Shown: positions 18,270 through 28,521, counted from the stretch's first letter. The stretch is 64,000 nucleotides of DNA from a virus (IMGVR_UViG_2778261035_000005); one strand, 5' to 3'. The notes: generated from the letters alone by a model not told the origin. Numbers and translations are program-made.

Positions 18270-19505
18270 ATGACTACTACTGCACTGCAAAATGAAAAAA
18301 ATCCTTCTGATTACCTTGTTTGCAAGTGGTGCGGAAAATCATTTCACTATTTTAAGTCCCATGTAGCCAATGGTAATTGCGAGGGCATTCCTGAGTCAGT
18401 AAAAGATGCCGATCCTGACACCGTACTGAAAATGTACACAACGCAGTTTCCAGATGAGCCAACGCTATCGAAAAAGGCACTTGATGCAATTCAAGCTAAA
18501 CGTGCCGAGCAAACAAGCGAAATGGCCAAATCATCTGGCGTGACCAATAGCCCAGGCTATACAGGCACAGTTGAGTACAAGACAGATCTGGTCGCAGCTC
18601 ACGAACTGCTAAATGTAACGGTGAAAGAACTCGGAACAAAACGTGGGACGCCGCTCATGGTTAGCGTCAACGTCAATACGCCGTTTCCAGAGTTCGTTCC
18701 AGAAGTGAAGAAGGGATACGTATATGGCGACTTCGAACTGATCAAAGACATTTTCATGATGCTTGAACTTGGCATACCAGGCTATTTGTGGGGTCATGCA
18801 GGAACAGGCAAATCTTCATTGCCTACACAACTATGTGCTTTGCTCAATCGTCCGTTAATCCGTGCCCAACATACAGCATCAATGGAAGAGGCTCATGTTA
18901 CGGGACAAATTCTGGCGCGTGATGGCTCTACGTATTTCGAGCCTGGCTTGCTTGCGCTCGCAATGAAGCATGGCTGGGTTTACCTCGCGGATGAATACGA
19001 CTTTGCGTTTCCACAGATTCTTGGCGTGTATCAGCCAGTGCTGGAAGGTGAAGCGTTGGTCATCAAAGAGGCGACTCCAGAATGGCGTCGCATTACTCCG
19101 CATGAACGGTTTGCTTTCATTGGCACTGGCAACACGAACGGATCTGGTGATGAAACCGGCTTGTACCAGGGTACAAACATCCAGAACGCCGCTAACTTTT
19201 CGCGTTTTGGCATCGTTTCGAATGTGAAATACATGAGCAAAGAGGCAGAGATCAGCATGTTGATAAATGCTGGCATCGTGGATGAATACGCTGAAAAGAT
19301 GGTTAAGTTTGCCGGTATCGTTCGCGATGGATACGAAGAACACCTGATCAGTCAGCCGATTGGCCCTCGTGAACTTTTGTTGTCGGCCAAGATTGGAATG
19401 ATGCGAGGCGACTTTGTGACAGGTATTGAGCGTTCTTTCATTAACAAACTCCCTTCAGCTTCTGCGCAAGCGGCACGTGAAGTTGTTCAAAAAATATTTG
19501 GTTAA
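18270..19505 (+). CDS. cobS: CobS-like AAA+ ATPase (MoxR family)
   Basis: Walker A GHAGTGKSS, Walker B VYLADEYDF. Confidence 0.7.
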   Translation: MTTTALQNEKNPSDYLVCKWCGKSFHYFKSHVANGNCEGIPESVKDADPDTVLKMYTTQFPDEPTLSKKALDAIQAKRAEQTSEMAKSSGVTNSPGYTGTVEYKTDLVAAHELLNVTVKELGTKRGTPLMVSVNVNTPFPEFVPEVKKGYVYGDFELIKDIFMMLELGIPGYLWGHAGTGKSSLPTQLCALLNRPLIRAQHTASMEEAHVTGQILARDGSTYFEPGLLALAMKHGWVYLADEYDFAFPQILGVYQPVLEGEALVIKEATPEWRRITPHERFAFIGTGNTNGSGDETGLYQGTNIQNAANFSRFGIVSNVKYMSKEAEISMLINAGIVDEYAEKMVKFAGIVRDGYEEHLISQPIGPRELLLSAKIGMMRGDFVTGIERSFINKLPSASAQAAREVVQKIFG

Positions 19506-19507
19506 TC

Positions 19508-19711
19508 GTGCGTAAAGGATGTTTCGGCTCTCTTATCGCTGCTTCTGAAACTGGCAAGGCTTGTCTGGTGTGTCCAGACAAGCCCGATTGTCACCAATCA
19601 GCAAAAGAAGTTGCGATTTCGATGTATGGGAAGTTCGTAGGCTTCCCCAATGACAAAATCAAAAAAACCAGAAAGGTAAAAACACATGAAGGCTCTGATG
19701 GTTCGAACTGA
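19508..19711 (+). CDS. possible small Cys-rich protein
   Basis: ORF track (GTG start); overlaps polymerase start; no strong SD. Confidence 0.2.
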   Translation: MRKGCFGSLIAASETGKACLVCPDKPDCHQSAKEVAISMYGKFVGFPNDKIKKTRKVKTHEGSDGSN

Positions 19712-22700
19712 CTTCTCTCTTGGGGAGTCGGCTCTAAAAGCAGAAAACGCGGTGAAGATTGCCAGAGAAGCTGGCTACACCGCTGTAATTTCGGCAGATA
19801 GCATGAATATTGCGAGTGTTATTCCACTACAACGTGCCGCTGGTGACGACATGGCGGTTATTTGTGGTGTGAAACTAAACATTGTTGATGATCCCACATA
19901 CGAGCACCGGGCTAAACTTGCTAAAGAGTCTATGGGATGTATGGAATCATTAGAGCGTGGGCGGAACTACTCCTTTACCGCTCTAATTAAAAATGAGCAG
20001 GGATATCGAGACATCTGCGAACTAATGACGGCGGCCAACACACGAGAACAGTTCTACTTTGTACCGCGTCTCTCGCTCGAACAGTTGGTTTCTACATATG
20101 CCAAAGGCAACATCATCCTGCTCACTGCCGACATCGGTAGCGTGTTCCAACGCAACGATTTTGCAAAAATCATAAGCTCACTGATTACAGCGGGTGGAAA
20201 AGACAACTTCTATAGTGTGGTTTATCCGCACCCTACCCCATTCTACGACCAGATTAACGTCCGGGCGATGAAAGTCGCCAGCGCACTGAAAATAGAGCCA
20301 GTAGCGTTCTATCCCGCTTATTACGAATCGATCGACGATGCAGACATTAAAGACATTGCGCACATGGTTACGAACAACATCAAAATCGACCAGCCGCATC
20401 GTCTGCGTATCCCCCACCAGCGAGATAACGCCGTCAATGGTCGCCGCCATCTCCTTGAGGCGCTGAAAGCCTTCTCCGTTCGCATGGATGTGCCGGTAAC
20501 AGCTGCAATGGCCTCAACAACGCAGGATACCATTATCGATGCCTGCACATGGCGCTGGCATGAATTGCCACCAGCACTGCCAAAGATGGCAGACGACGAG
20601 CCTGCAACGCTGATGAAACTGGCCGTTGCTGGGCTGCGTAAACGTCTTACCACAAAAGAGTTTGGCTACACACCACCGGCTTCTGAGAACAGGGTTTATG
20701 TTGAGCGACTTAAGTACGAAATGGACACGCTTACTCGCCTGGGATTTTGTGGTTACTTCCTGATGGTACGCGATCTGATGAATCACAGCCGTGAAACTGG
20801 CATTCCTGTCGGGCCTGGTCGTGGTTCCTCCGCTGGCTCTTTGGTGGCATGGTGCATAGGCATAACCAACGTCGACCCTATCCGTCACGGTCTTCTGTTT
20901 GAACGTTTCATCAACCCTGAGCGTCTCGACTTGCCAGATGCGGACTTGGACTTCAGCCAGGCACGTCGCCATGAGGTGATCGAGTATCTGAATGAACGCT
21001 ACGGCGAAGATTACGTTGCAGGCATTCCGAACTTCACCTACCTGGGCGCGGCCTCTGCACTACGTGACACCGCTCGTATTTATGGTGTGGAGTCCGCAGA
21101 TATGGCGGTATCAAAAGAACTGAAGAACGTCGAGGATGATAGCCTTCCATTGGAAGAGCTGCGCGAACAACTGGCAAGCCTCGACAAATACGCGACAAAA
21201 TATCCTGATGCATTCAATGCAGCCTGCAAGTTACAAAGCCTTATGCGTGGCTATGGTAGACATGCGGCAGGGATGATCGTAGCAGGTGTTCCTCTGACAG
21301 AACGAACACCGGTTGAACGACGTGGTGACGCGCGTTGTATCGCATTTGACAAGCGTTACTGCGAGGCTATGGGCCTAATTAAGCTGGACGTACTTGGCCT
21401 GGCGACTCTCGATTTGCTCGATAGTGCAAAACGCTACATTAAAGAGAACACAGGTGAGGATATCAATCTTGATGCCATTTCTCTTGAAGATCGCAAGGTG
21501 CTGGATGGTTTTGCTGCTGGGTACACTCAAGGTGTTTTCCAGCTTGAATCAGGCCCAATGCGCAAGCTGCTTAAAGATTTAGGTGGTGGAATTGAGCCAA
21601 TGAGCTTTAAAACGGTCGTTGCTACGACTGCGCTCTTCCGGCCGGGGCCAATTCAGTCAGGCATGTTGGATGATTATGTTTCTGTCGCCAAAGGCTTTAT
21701 GACGCCGGAATCATTACACCCCGTTCTTGATGAACTTACCGCAGAAACAAATGGCGTGATTCTTTATCAGGAACAGACGATGAACGCGACTCGATTGCTT
21801 GCGGGCTTCACAATGGCTGAAGCTGACGGCGTTCGTAAAGCGATCGGCAAAAAAGACATGGAGAAAATGAAGAGCATGGGTGAGAAGTTCATCGTTCAGG
21901 CTCAAGCTGGCTGGATAGACGTTGAGCTGGAAGATGGCACTACACAGCGCATTCACCGTGCGGAACATTTTAAATGCGAAGACGGAACACTGAAAACTGT
22001 CGAAGAGGCGCTTGAACACGGCGCAAAACTACCTATAAACGCAGTACGCGTGACAGCGTCACACCCAGGGCTATCAGAGATGAAAGCGAAGGAGATCTGG
22101 ACCGCATTCGAAAAAAATGGTGCCTACCAGTTCAACAAATCACACTCTGTTGCTTACTCCTTGATCAGTTATCAATCTATGTGGTTGAAAACTCATTATC
22201 CCGCAGAGTTTTTCGCTGCTGCTCTCACTATTCTTGGCGAAGATAAACACCAGGGGCTGGTTAAAGATGCGCTGACCTATGGTATTCGCGTATTGCCACC
22301 AGACGTTAACGTGTCATCCAACCGAATCGAGATCCGCACGCTTGAAGATGGCAGCCAGGTGCTGTATGCGCCCTTCTCTGCTGTGAAGGGGTGTTCTGAG
22401 AATGGCTGCCAAGCCATCATGAGAGCGCGAGAAAAAGTTGGCGGCAAATTCGAGTCACTGGCGCAATTCGAAGAAGCTGTCGAGAAACGTGCCTGTAATA
22501 GTCGAGTGCGCGAATCGCTGCAAAAAGTAGGGGCGTTTGCATCCATCGAGCCAGGTAGTCTGCCAGCAACTGATCCAGAGCGCCTACGCGACCAGGCTGA
22601 ATTGATGGGAAACCTTGTCATAGACGCAGTTAAAGCCTCACGTCCGTTTGAGATGAACCCCAAACGTTCGGCTGAGATTAACGTGCTCATGACACGGATG

Positions 22701-23204
22701 GCGGCTGAAATGGGCTTAGGTGATGAACTAATCCGCCCCAGCATTGGTATTAAGCCGAAAATCATGATCATTCTGGACAATGCGAACGGCAATGATGCTC
22801 GAACCGGTTACTTTATGGAGAACGGATACGACGATTTTAAGGCCAAGCTATTGACGGCTGGAGATTTACGCATGGGCGATCTCTATGTCACAGGCGTTTG
22901 CAAGAAGGTTAAAGACAAAGAAAAAGACTACACCAAAGACGAGATCGGCCAGTTCACCGACTTTATGCGTGAAGAGATCAATCTGGTGCGTCCAACCTAT
23001 GTGCTGACGTGTGGCAGCCGGGCGACATCGCTCTTCAACAACAAGAGCAAACCATCCGACCTGGTTGGACGCAAAGAGTATCTGCCGGAGCTGGATGTGA
23101 CTGTTTTCTACGGATTTAACCCGAATATTTTGTACTTTCGCCCAGAGGAAGGCGAAAAGCTGGAAGCAATTCTTGCAGAGGTAGCGGAGACTATTAGCAA
23201 ATGA
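19686..23204 (+). CDS. dnaE: DNA polymerase III alpha-type (DnaE-family) replicative polymerase with C-terminal extension
   Basis: PHP N-terminus; palm motifs GFCGYFLMVRDL, PGRGSSAGSLVAW, PDADLDF; fingers KSHSVAYSLISYQ; unassigned ~150-200 aa C-terminal region. Confidence 0.85.
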   Translation: MKALMVRTDFSLGESALKAENAVKIAREAGYTAVISADSMNIASVIPLQRAAGDDMAVICGVKLNIVDDPTYEHRAKLAKESMGCMESLERGRNYSFTALIKNEQGYRDICELMTAANTREQFYFVPRLSLEQLVSTYAKGNIILLTADIGSVFQRNDFAKIISSLITAGGKDNFYSVVYPHPTPFYDQINVRAMKVASALKIEPVAFYPAYYESIDDADIKDIAHMVTNNIKIDQPHRLRIPHQRDNAVNGRRHLLEALKAFSVRMDVPVTAAMASTTQDTIIDACTWRWHELPPALPKMADDEPATLMKLAVAGLRKRLTTKEFGYTPPASENRVYVERLKYEMDTLTRLGFCGYFLMVRDLMNHSRETGIPVGPGRGSSAGSLVAWCIGITNVDPIRHGLLFERFINPERLDLPDADLDFSQARRHEVIEYLNERYGEDYVAGIPNFTYLGAASALRDTARIYGVESADMAVSKELKNVEDDSLPLEELREQLASLDKYATKYPDAFNAACKLQSLMRGYGRHAAGMIVAGVPLTERTPVERRGDARCIAFDKRYCEAMGLIKLDVLGLATLDLLDSAKRYIKENTGEDINLDAISLEDRKVLDGFAAGYTQGVFQLESGPMRKLLKDLGGGIEPMSFKTVVATTALFRPGPIQSGMLDDYVSVAKGFMTPESLHPVLDELTAETNGVILYQEQTMNATRLLAGFTMAEADGVRKAIGKKDMEKMKSMGEKFIVQAQAGWIDVELEDGTTQRIHRAEHFKCEDGTLKTVEEALEHGAKLPINAVRVTASHPGLSEMKAKEIWTAFEKNGAYQFNKSHSVAYSLISYQSMWLKTHYPAEFFAAALTILGEDKHQGLVKDALTYGIRVLPPDVNVSSNRIEIRTLEDGSQVLYAPFSAVKGCSENGCQAIMRAREKVGGKFESLAQFEEAVEKRACNSRVRESLQKVGAFASIEPGSLPATDPERLRDQAELMGNLVIDAVKASRPFEMNPKRSAEINVLMTRMAAEMGLGDELIRPSIGIKPKIMIILDNANGNDARTGYFMENGYDDFKAKLLTAGDLRMGDLYVTGVCKKVKDKEKDYTKDEIGQFTDFMREEINLVRPTYVLTCGSRATSLFNNKSKPSDLVGRKEYLPELDVTVFYGFNPNILYFRPEEGEKLEAILAEVAETISK

Positions 23205-23344
23205 ACAAAGCGAACACCATGAAGGTGGCCAAAGAGCAAAGAGTTTATGGAAGTAAACAAGATTGGCGATGTGAGACAGTACAGGCTGAAGCGCCAGACC
23301 AGAGTCACGCTATCCAATATTTTTGGTAAGAAAGTCGCCTAATG

Positions 23345-23370
23345 AAAAGCTCGTCAATTGACGAGCTTTT
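23345..23370. terminator. bidirectional intrinsic terminator
   Basis: aaaagctcgtc-aatt-gacgagctttt hairpin between convergent genes. Confidence 0.7.
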
Positions 23371-23377
23371 CATTTGA

Positions 23378-24361
23378 CTATCTTGAATTAGGGGCTTTCT
23401 CTATAATTATTCGATTCAGAATATGATTACGATCACTGTATGGTTCGAAATGTTCTGCAATCGAGTATGAACCGACACTACGTGCGACCACATCTTCAAA
23501 ATATTCAAGGATTTTAGGTAGATACTTTTCATAATTTTGTGAACAAATCGACACTACAGGATCGAATTCTACTAATCGACGCTTTACACGTATATGGTTA
23601 TTTATTTTTTCATATTCATTCATCATAGAGTTCAAGTCTGGTACTACCCGCTCAGGGCTACACAGGTAGGTGCTGCGGTCATACTCGTCTCCGAATTTAT
23701 CAAGAGGAACACCTATCTCTAGCAACGTCTTGTTTACTCGCTTTGCAAGCTCAATTATCTCTTTATCTTCTTCTGTAAGCCACATGTCGACCCACTTTTG
23801 TTTGTCTGCCCATTCAGACAGATAATCATCCTTATTGAAAGTTACAGGAGCACATCCAGAGTCACTTCTTAATGCTTTATCCTTTATTTTAGAAATTGTT
23901 TTTTTATCTAAATGCTTCCAATAAATAGCAGGTTCGTCTAATTCATTATCATCGTGTAGGCATATCAAAACAATTACCACAGGAAAATCACAACTTCCCC
24001 AATAGGTTATATTTTTATAAGGTATTTGTACGCTTAACCTTCTCTTCATTTTGCGTGAGGTGGTTTTTATCTGAACGCCGATAAAAAAACCTGTCGAAAG
24101 ATTATTTTCATATATTTCAACCTGAGCATCCAATCCCATATCAATATCTAGCAATCGACAAGGCCATCTGAAATAACGAGAAATCCAATAGGCAAACAAG
24201 TACTCTCCAGCGTGTCCATCCGCACTGGTTTTCGGATATGTCATACCTTCAGTTTTATTCTTTTCTGCCGCTGGCTTTACAGACTTAGCTTTTGGGGGGA
24301 GGGCTGTTTTTTTAGTCGGCACTGACTTTGTTGCTTTGACTTGTTTGTTAGCCTTATCCAT
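23378..24361 (-). CDS. A+T-rich protein with Lys/Pro-rich N-terminal tail and PD-(D/E)xK-like nuclease core (DUF4365-like by eye)
   Basis: N-terminus KANKQVKATKSVPTKKTALPPKAKSVKPAAEK; core GEYLFAYWISRYF...LLDIDMGLDAQVEIYE...GVQIKTT; track start is TTG, ATG at 24361 used. Confidence 0.5.
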   Translation of the reverse strand: MDKANKQVKATKSVPTKKTALPPKAKSVKPAAEKNKTEGMTYPKTSADGHAGEYLFAYWISRYFRWPCRLLDIDMGLDAQVEIYENNLSTGFFIGVQIKTTSRKMKRRLSVQIPYKNITYWGSCDFPVVIVLICLHDDNELDEPAIYWKHLDKKTISKIKDKALRSDSGCAPVTFNKDDYLSEWADKQKWVDMWLTEEDKEIIELAKRVNKTLLEIGVPLDKFGDEYDRSTYLCSPERVVPDLNSMMNEYEKINNHIRVKRRLVEFDPVVSICSQNYEKYLPKILEYFEDVVARSVGSYSIAEHFEPYSDRNHILNRIIIEKAPNSR

Positions 24362-24504
24362 TGGTTTTATTCTCAATTTGCTTTGCTCGGTGTGCCTCCT
24401 GATTCTGCACCTTAGCGCCGATACTGTCTACCGCCAATCATGACAGTAAAGCTCTATTTGTTTGATATAATCAGATACACGAAAGTAAGTTTGAGCATAT
24501 CAAT

Positions 24505-24957
24505 ATGAACACCGATATTTACGAGAAAATAATGTCTGATCTCGAGTTTGACAGAGACAATCTGGAAGACGTCTGGCGTAAACAACCTCGCCTGTTGATG
24601 GAGTATGGTTCAAAGCTCGCCCATGCAGAAAGAAGTGTCGCAGAGGCAAAACTTAACCTTGAAGCTGTTGAAGCAAAGCTATACGACACAGAGCGTAAAA
24701 ACTTGAGTATGAATGGCATTAAGTTTAACGAATCTGTACTAGACGCTAAGGTTAAAACAAACCCACAGTATCTGTCTAAACGGCAGAAGTTGGATGAAGC
24801 ACGGCACATCGCAGACATATACAAACATGCTGTCGCCGCCTTTTCGCATCGCCGAGACATGATCGTTCAGGCGTCGAAGATGGCTATCGTTGAATTAGAG
24901 CGATTAGGCTCTGAACGCTTTATTACTCCCCGTTTATTTTTGATAGATAATAAGTAA
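24505..24957 (+). CDS. hypothetical protein
   Basis: ORF track. Confidence 0.5.
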   Translation: MNTDIYEKIMSDLEFDRDNLEDVWRKQPRLLMEYGSKLAHAERSVAEAKLNLEAVEAKLYDTERKNLSMNGIKFNESVLDAKVKTNPQYLSKRQKLDEARHIADIYKHAVAAFSHRRDMIVQASKMAIVELERLGSERFITPRLFLIDNK

Positions 24958-25053
24958 GTACTGATCTATCATTTAACAGCTCGAAAGAGCCACGAATGAA
25001 CGAAAGCCCAACGCGCATAGCGCCATCGGCCAAATCACAACAAGGAGAAACAC

Positions 25054-26082
25054 ATGTCTAAGACATTACTTGATTTGCTTAACAAAACTCGTGAAGACAT
25101 TGCCGCCAAACGTGGCAACAACGTTGATCTGACTCGTTTAAAAGACGGCGTCAACTATATCCGCATCTTCCCGAATAAAGACGACGCAAACGGTAAGTTC
25201 TTCCAGACTTTCGGTATGCACTACGTTAAGTATCAGAACGAGGAAGGTAAAGAAGCAACCAACGCTTATATTTGTGAGCAACATACTCACGGTCGCGCTT
25301 GTCAGCTATGCGAAATGGTGATGGAAGGTCGCGCTCGTCACAAGGGTAACAAAGCAATGGAAGAACGCATCGGTCAAATGCGTGCCACTCCTCGCTACCT
25401 GGTCAACGGCATTCTTTCTGCTCGTGAGGATTTCGCAGATGCTGAGAAATGCCAGTTAATCGAGCTGCCGTCTACTGTATTCGATGATATCTGCAAAGCA
25501 ATCACCGAAGACATCGCTGATGATATCGGCAATCCACTGAGCAAAGAGGAAGGCTACGCATTCCTGATTAAACGTACTGGCTCTGGTCGCGATACCAAAT
25601 ATGACGTCTCGCCTAAGCGTAAAGTCTACAAAGGCGATATCGAAGATAAATTCTGGAACACCCAGCATGATCTGATCGCATACGCAAATCAGGCTGATGA
25701 AACTCGTCTTCTGTCGACAGTTCGCACTATGGGTCGTCTGATTGGCATCGCTGCACCAACTGCCGCAGCATCTGCACCAGCAATTTCCTCAACCGCGAAA
25801 ACATCGGCTGCGGCACTACCTGGATTTGGCTCTGTCACTGGTCATACAGAAGGAGCGACGGCTGTAGCAACCGCGCACACACCGGCTTCTGAACCAACCA
25901 GTCTGGTTGATGAAGAAATCCTCCGTGCCGTTGAAACTGAATTTAAACCAGAGGCAAGTTCCGCTGCCGTTGCCGTATCAGTCAAAGAGTCTGAAGCAGT
26001 CGCAGCGACATCTGTAGCAACCGCATCTGCGACGGAAGATGAAGGTCTGGATGACCTACTGAGAGAGCTGGACTCTCTGTAA
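25054..26082 (+). CDS. single-stranded DNA-binding protein, T4 gp32-like
   Basis: IRIFPNKDD and H..CEQHTHGRACQLC zinc-site pattern resembling gp32 as I recall it; Ala/Ser-rich linker and acidic C-terminal tail EDEGLDDLLRELDSL. Confidence 0.6.
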   Translation: MSKTLLDLLNKTREDIAAKRGNNVDLTRLKDGVNYIRIFPNKDDANGKFFQTFGMHYVKYQNEEGKEATNAYICEQHTHGRACQLCEMVMEGRARHKGNKAMEERIGQMRATPRYLVNGILSAREDFADAEKCQLIELPSTVFDDICKAITEDIADDIGNPLSKEEGYAFLIKRTGSGRDTKYDVSPKRKVYKGDIEDKFWNTQHDLIAYANQADETRLLSTVRTMGRLIGIAAPTAAASAPAISSTAKTSAAALPGFGSVTGHTEGATAVATAHTPASEPTSLVDEEILRAVETEFKPEASSAAVAVSVKESEAVAATSVATASATEDEGLDDLLRELDSL

Positions 26083-26100
26083 TCCCATTACGTGACCAGT

Positions 26101-26127
26101 AAGGCGTCTACGGACGCCTTACTTTTT
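26101..26127 (+). terminator. intrinsic terminator
   Basis: aaggcgtc-tacg-gacgcctt then ctttttgg; shares stem sequence with terminators at 28434 and 29573. Confidence 0.7.
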
Positions 26128-26142
26128 GGAAGGAATGTACCG

Positions 26143-27087
26143 GTGAATTATCTCTTCGTAGATGGCAATAGCCTGGGTTATTACCACCAACAATCTGACA
26201 AATTGCACAACGGCGAAATGGAAGTACAGGCTGCTTTCGGCTTTGTTAAGAACGTCCGTCGTTATGCCTCCATCCTCCATGCCCGACCTATGATTCTTTG
26301 GGATGGATTTAGTGACAAGCGTCGCGACTTTTACCCGGACTACAAAGCAAATCGCGACGACGATCCTGATATGAAAAAGATGAAGGAAGGCTTTGCTATC
26401 CAGAAGCCATACATCCTCAAAATGATGACCGCGCTTGGTATTAACCAAATCATTGCAAAAGATGCAGAAGCGGATGATCTGGCCGGGCTGCTGGTATCCC
26501 GCATGGCACCGCAGCCAACCGTTGAACACATCTATCTGTTAACAGGCGATAGCGACTGGCTTCAGTTAGTTCGCGAAAACGTAAGCTGGGTAAGCCTGCG
26601 TGAAGACGCCAAAAACAAGCAGGTTAATTTTGAGCAATTTGCGGAGCTGACAGGATTCGCCACGCCTCGCGCATTTTTGGAAGCAAAAGCATTACAAGGC
26701 GATAACTCGGACAACATTAGCGGTGTTGGTGGCATTGGTGCTGGCGGTGCGAAAGAGCTGCTGCATGAATGGGGAAGTGTCGCAACGATGGTACGCGGCA
26801 TCAACGACGGCTCAATCGTGGTTAATAAAGGGCGTCATAAGACCGCCTTCAACAAACTAGCGAAGAATGCCTTCAACGAGAAAACAGGCTGTCGAATGCT
26901 CGAAGCGTTCAAGAGAAACATCACGCTAATGAACCTGATTGAGACGAAGTTTCCGCCTACCGAAATCGAAACAATCAAAGGCAATCGTGACGTGAAAGCA
27001 TTCGAGCAACTGTGCTACGAGCTGAATTTCCGTTCGTTCCTTGAAGACCTTGAAGTGTTTGTTCTTCCATTCGAAAGGTATTGCTAA
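26143..27087 (+). CDS. 5'-3' exonuclease / flap endonuclease (FEN family)
   Basis: AEADDLAG, LTGDSDWLQLV, GDNSDNISGVGGIG (H3TH) motifs; start set to GTG 26143 downstream of terminator (track start 26092 lies inside the hairpin). Confidence 0.7.
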   Translation: MNYLFVDGNSLGYYHQQSDKLHNGEMEVQAAFGFVKNVRRYASILHARPMILWDGFSDKRRDFYPDYKANRDDDPDMKKMKEGFAIQKPYILKMMTALGINQIIAKDAEADDLAGLLVSRMAPQPTVEHIYLLTGDSDWLQLVRENVSWVSLREDAKNKQVNFEQFAELTGFATPRAFLEAKALQGDNSDNISGVGGIGAGGAKELLHEWGSVATMVRGINDGSIVVNKGRHKTAFNKLAKNAFNEKTGCRMLEAFKRNITLMNLIETKFPPTEIETIKGNRDVKAFEQLCYELNFRSFLEDLEVFVLPFERYC

Positions 27088-27353
27088 TGCTTAAATCGAT
27101 TATCAATGGCGCTACAACCACCCCTGCCCAACTGGCAAAAGAGATTGTCTTTTATCACGGTGAGTACGCTGTCATCGCACTGCCGTCAATTCTAGGCGCT
27201 GCCGGAATGAAAGCGACAGATCGCGAGTTTGGATTAGTCAGCGAGCAGGTCGTAAAAATCCTCGCTCGTGTATCCAGACTCCTTAACCACGATGCGATTG
27301 TATTCGATGAATCCGCCGCTTTAAAACGAATCAACGAAACAAAAGGAGCCTGA
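27087..27353 (+). CDS. hypothetical protein
   Basis: ORF track; ATG 27087 overlaps FEN stop (TAATG). Confidence 0.45.
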   Translation: MLKSIINGATTTPAQLAKEIVFYHGEYAVIALPSILGAAGMKATDREFGLVSEQVVKILARVSRLLNHDAIVFDESAALKRINETKGA

Positions 27354-27355
27354 TC

Positions 27356-28429
27356 ATGGCAAAAGGAAAATCCGCACTGGCACTTGCTCTGAAAAAGAAA
27401 ATCGGTAGCAACGACGAAATTCAGAAAGTAACTCATTGGATTGATACAGGCTTTCCACCGTTAAACAAAGCTATTTCTGGTCGTTACGATGGCGGCTTCC
27501 CATGTGGTCGTATCGTCGAAGTATTCGGTCCTCCAAGTGCAGGGAAAACGTTCCTTGCAACAGCAGCGATGATCTCCGCTCAAAAACAAGATGGTCTGGC
27601 GGTATTCCTCGATCATGAAAACAGTTTTGACGTTGGCCTGGCTGTAGCCAATGGCCTGAACGCAGATGAGGATGACGGTCAGTGGGTATACAAGCAGCCT
27701 GACACCTTCGAAGACTCTGTAGAGTTGATCGGCACAATACTTAAATTGGTACGTGATGAAGAGCTTATCCCTGAATCAGCACCTATCTGTATCGTGGCTG
27801 ACTCACTTGCGTCTATGGTTCCGAACTCCAAAGCCGAGAAGTTCGAAAAGATGGCTGAAGGCACTGCCAAAGACAAAGATCAGCTAAACATGAACGACAA
27901 TACGGCACTGGCTCGTGCGACAAGTGCGAACTTCCCTACTCTGGCTTTGTGGGCACGCAAATACAACGCCTGCATCATCTTCTTGAATCAGGTTCGCACA
28001 AAAATCGGTGTAATGTTTGGCGACCCTACTACGTCGCCAGGTGGAGATTCACCGAAGTTCTACGCTTCTGTACGTATCCGTCTTGGTGCATCGGTGATGA
28101 AGGATGGTAAAGAGAAGATCGGCCAGGACGTAGGCGCAGAATGCATCAAAAACAAAGTTGCACCACCGTATGGCAAATGCACCTGGAAATTCTACTTCGA
28201 TCCTACTCGTGGCCTCGACGTTATCGAATCGCTCGTCGAGTACATGCTGGAAGAAGGATACCTGCCAAAGAACGCCAGCGGGCGAGTTGAAATTGGTGAC
28301 AAGAAATACACCAAATCGCAGATCGTCGAGATGTATCGGGAGAAGCCACTGGCTGAAATCATTGCGGCTTTGCAGGCAATCGACGACCGAAGAGCAAAAG
28401 ACAACCCCACCGAGTCAGTAGAAGAGTAA
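27356..28429 (+). CDS. recA: RecA-family recombinase
   Basis: GRIVEVFGPPSAGKTFLA (Walker A), FLNQVRTKIGVMFGDPTTSPGGDSPKFYASVRIRLG, KNKVAPPY: near-colinear with bacterial RecA core. Confidence 0.85.
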   Translation: MAKGKSALALALKKKIGSNDEIQKVTHWIDTGFPPLNKAISGRYDGGFPCGRIVEVFGPPSAGKTFLATAAMISAQKQDGLAVFLDHENSFDVGLAVANGLNADEDDGQWVYKQPDTFEDSVELIGTILKLVRDEELIPESAPICIVADSLASMVPNSKAEKFEKMAEGTAKDKDQLNMNDNTALARATSANFPTLALWARKYNACIIFLNQVRTKIGVMFGDPTTSPGGDSPKFYASVRIRLGASVMKDGKEKIGQDVGAECIKNKVAPPYGKCTWKFYFDPTRGLDVIESLVEYMLEEGYLPKNASGRVEIGDKKYTKSQIVEMYREKPLAEIIAALQAIDDRRAKDNPTESVEE

Positions 28430-28433
28430 ACAC

Positions 28434-28458
28434 AAGGCGTCCACAGGACGCCTTTTTT
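28434..28458 (+). terminator. intrinsic terminator
   Basis: aaggcgtcc-acag-gacgcctt-ttttat. Confidence 0.75.
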
Positions 28459-28521
28459 ATCTCTTGAAAATATATAAGTACTTACTTATTATTTTCGCAT
28501 AACAACCACATAGGAAAACAC

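Noticed and set aside
20178-22792. Several minus-strand ORFs of 90-170 aa inside the polymerase gene
   Set aside because: They are fully embedded antisense to a well-supported dnaE-type gene; typical shadow frames.
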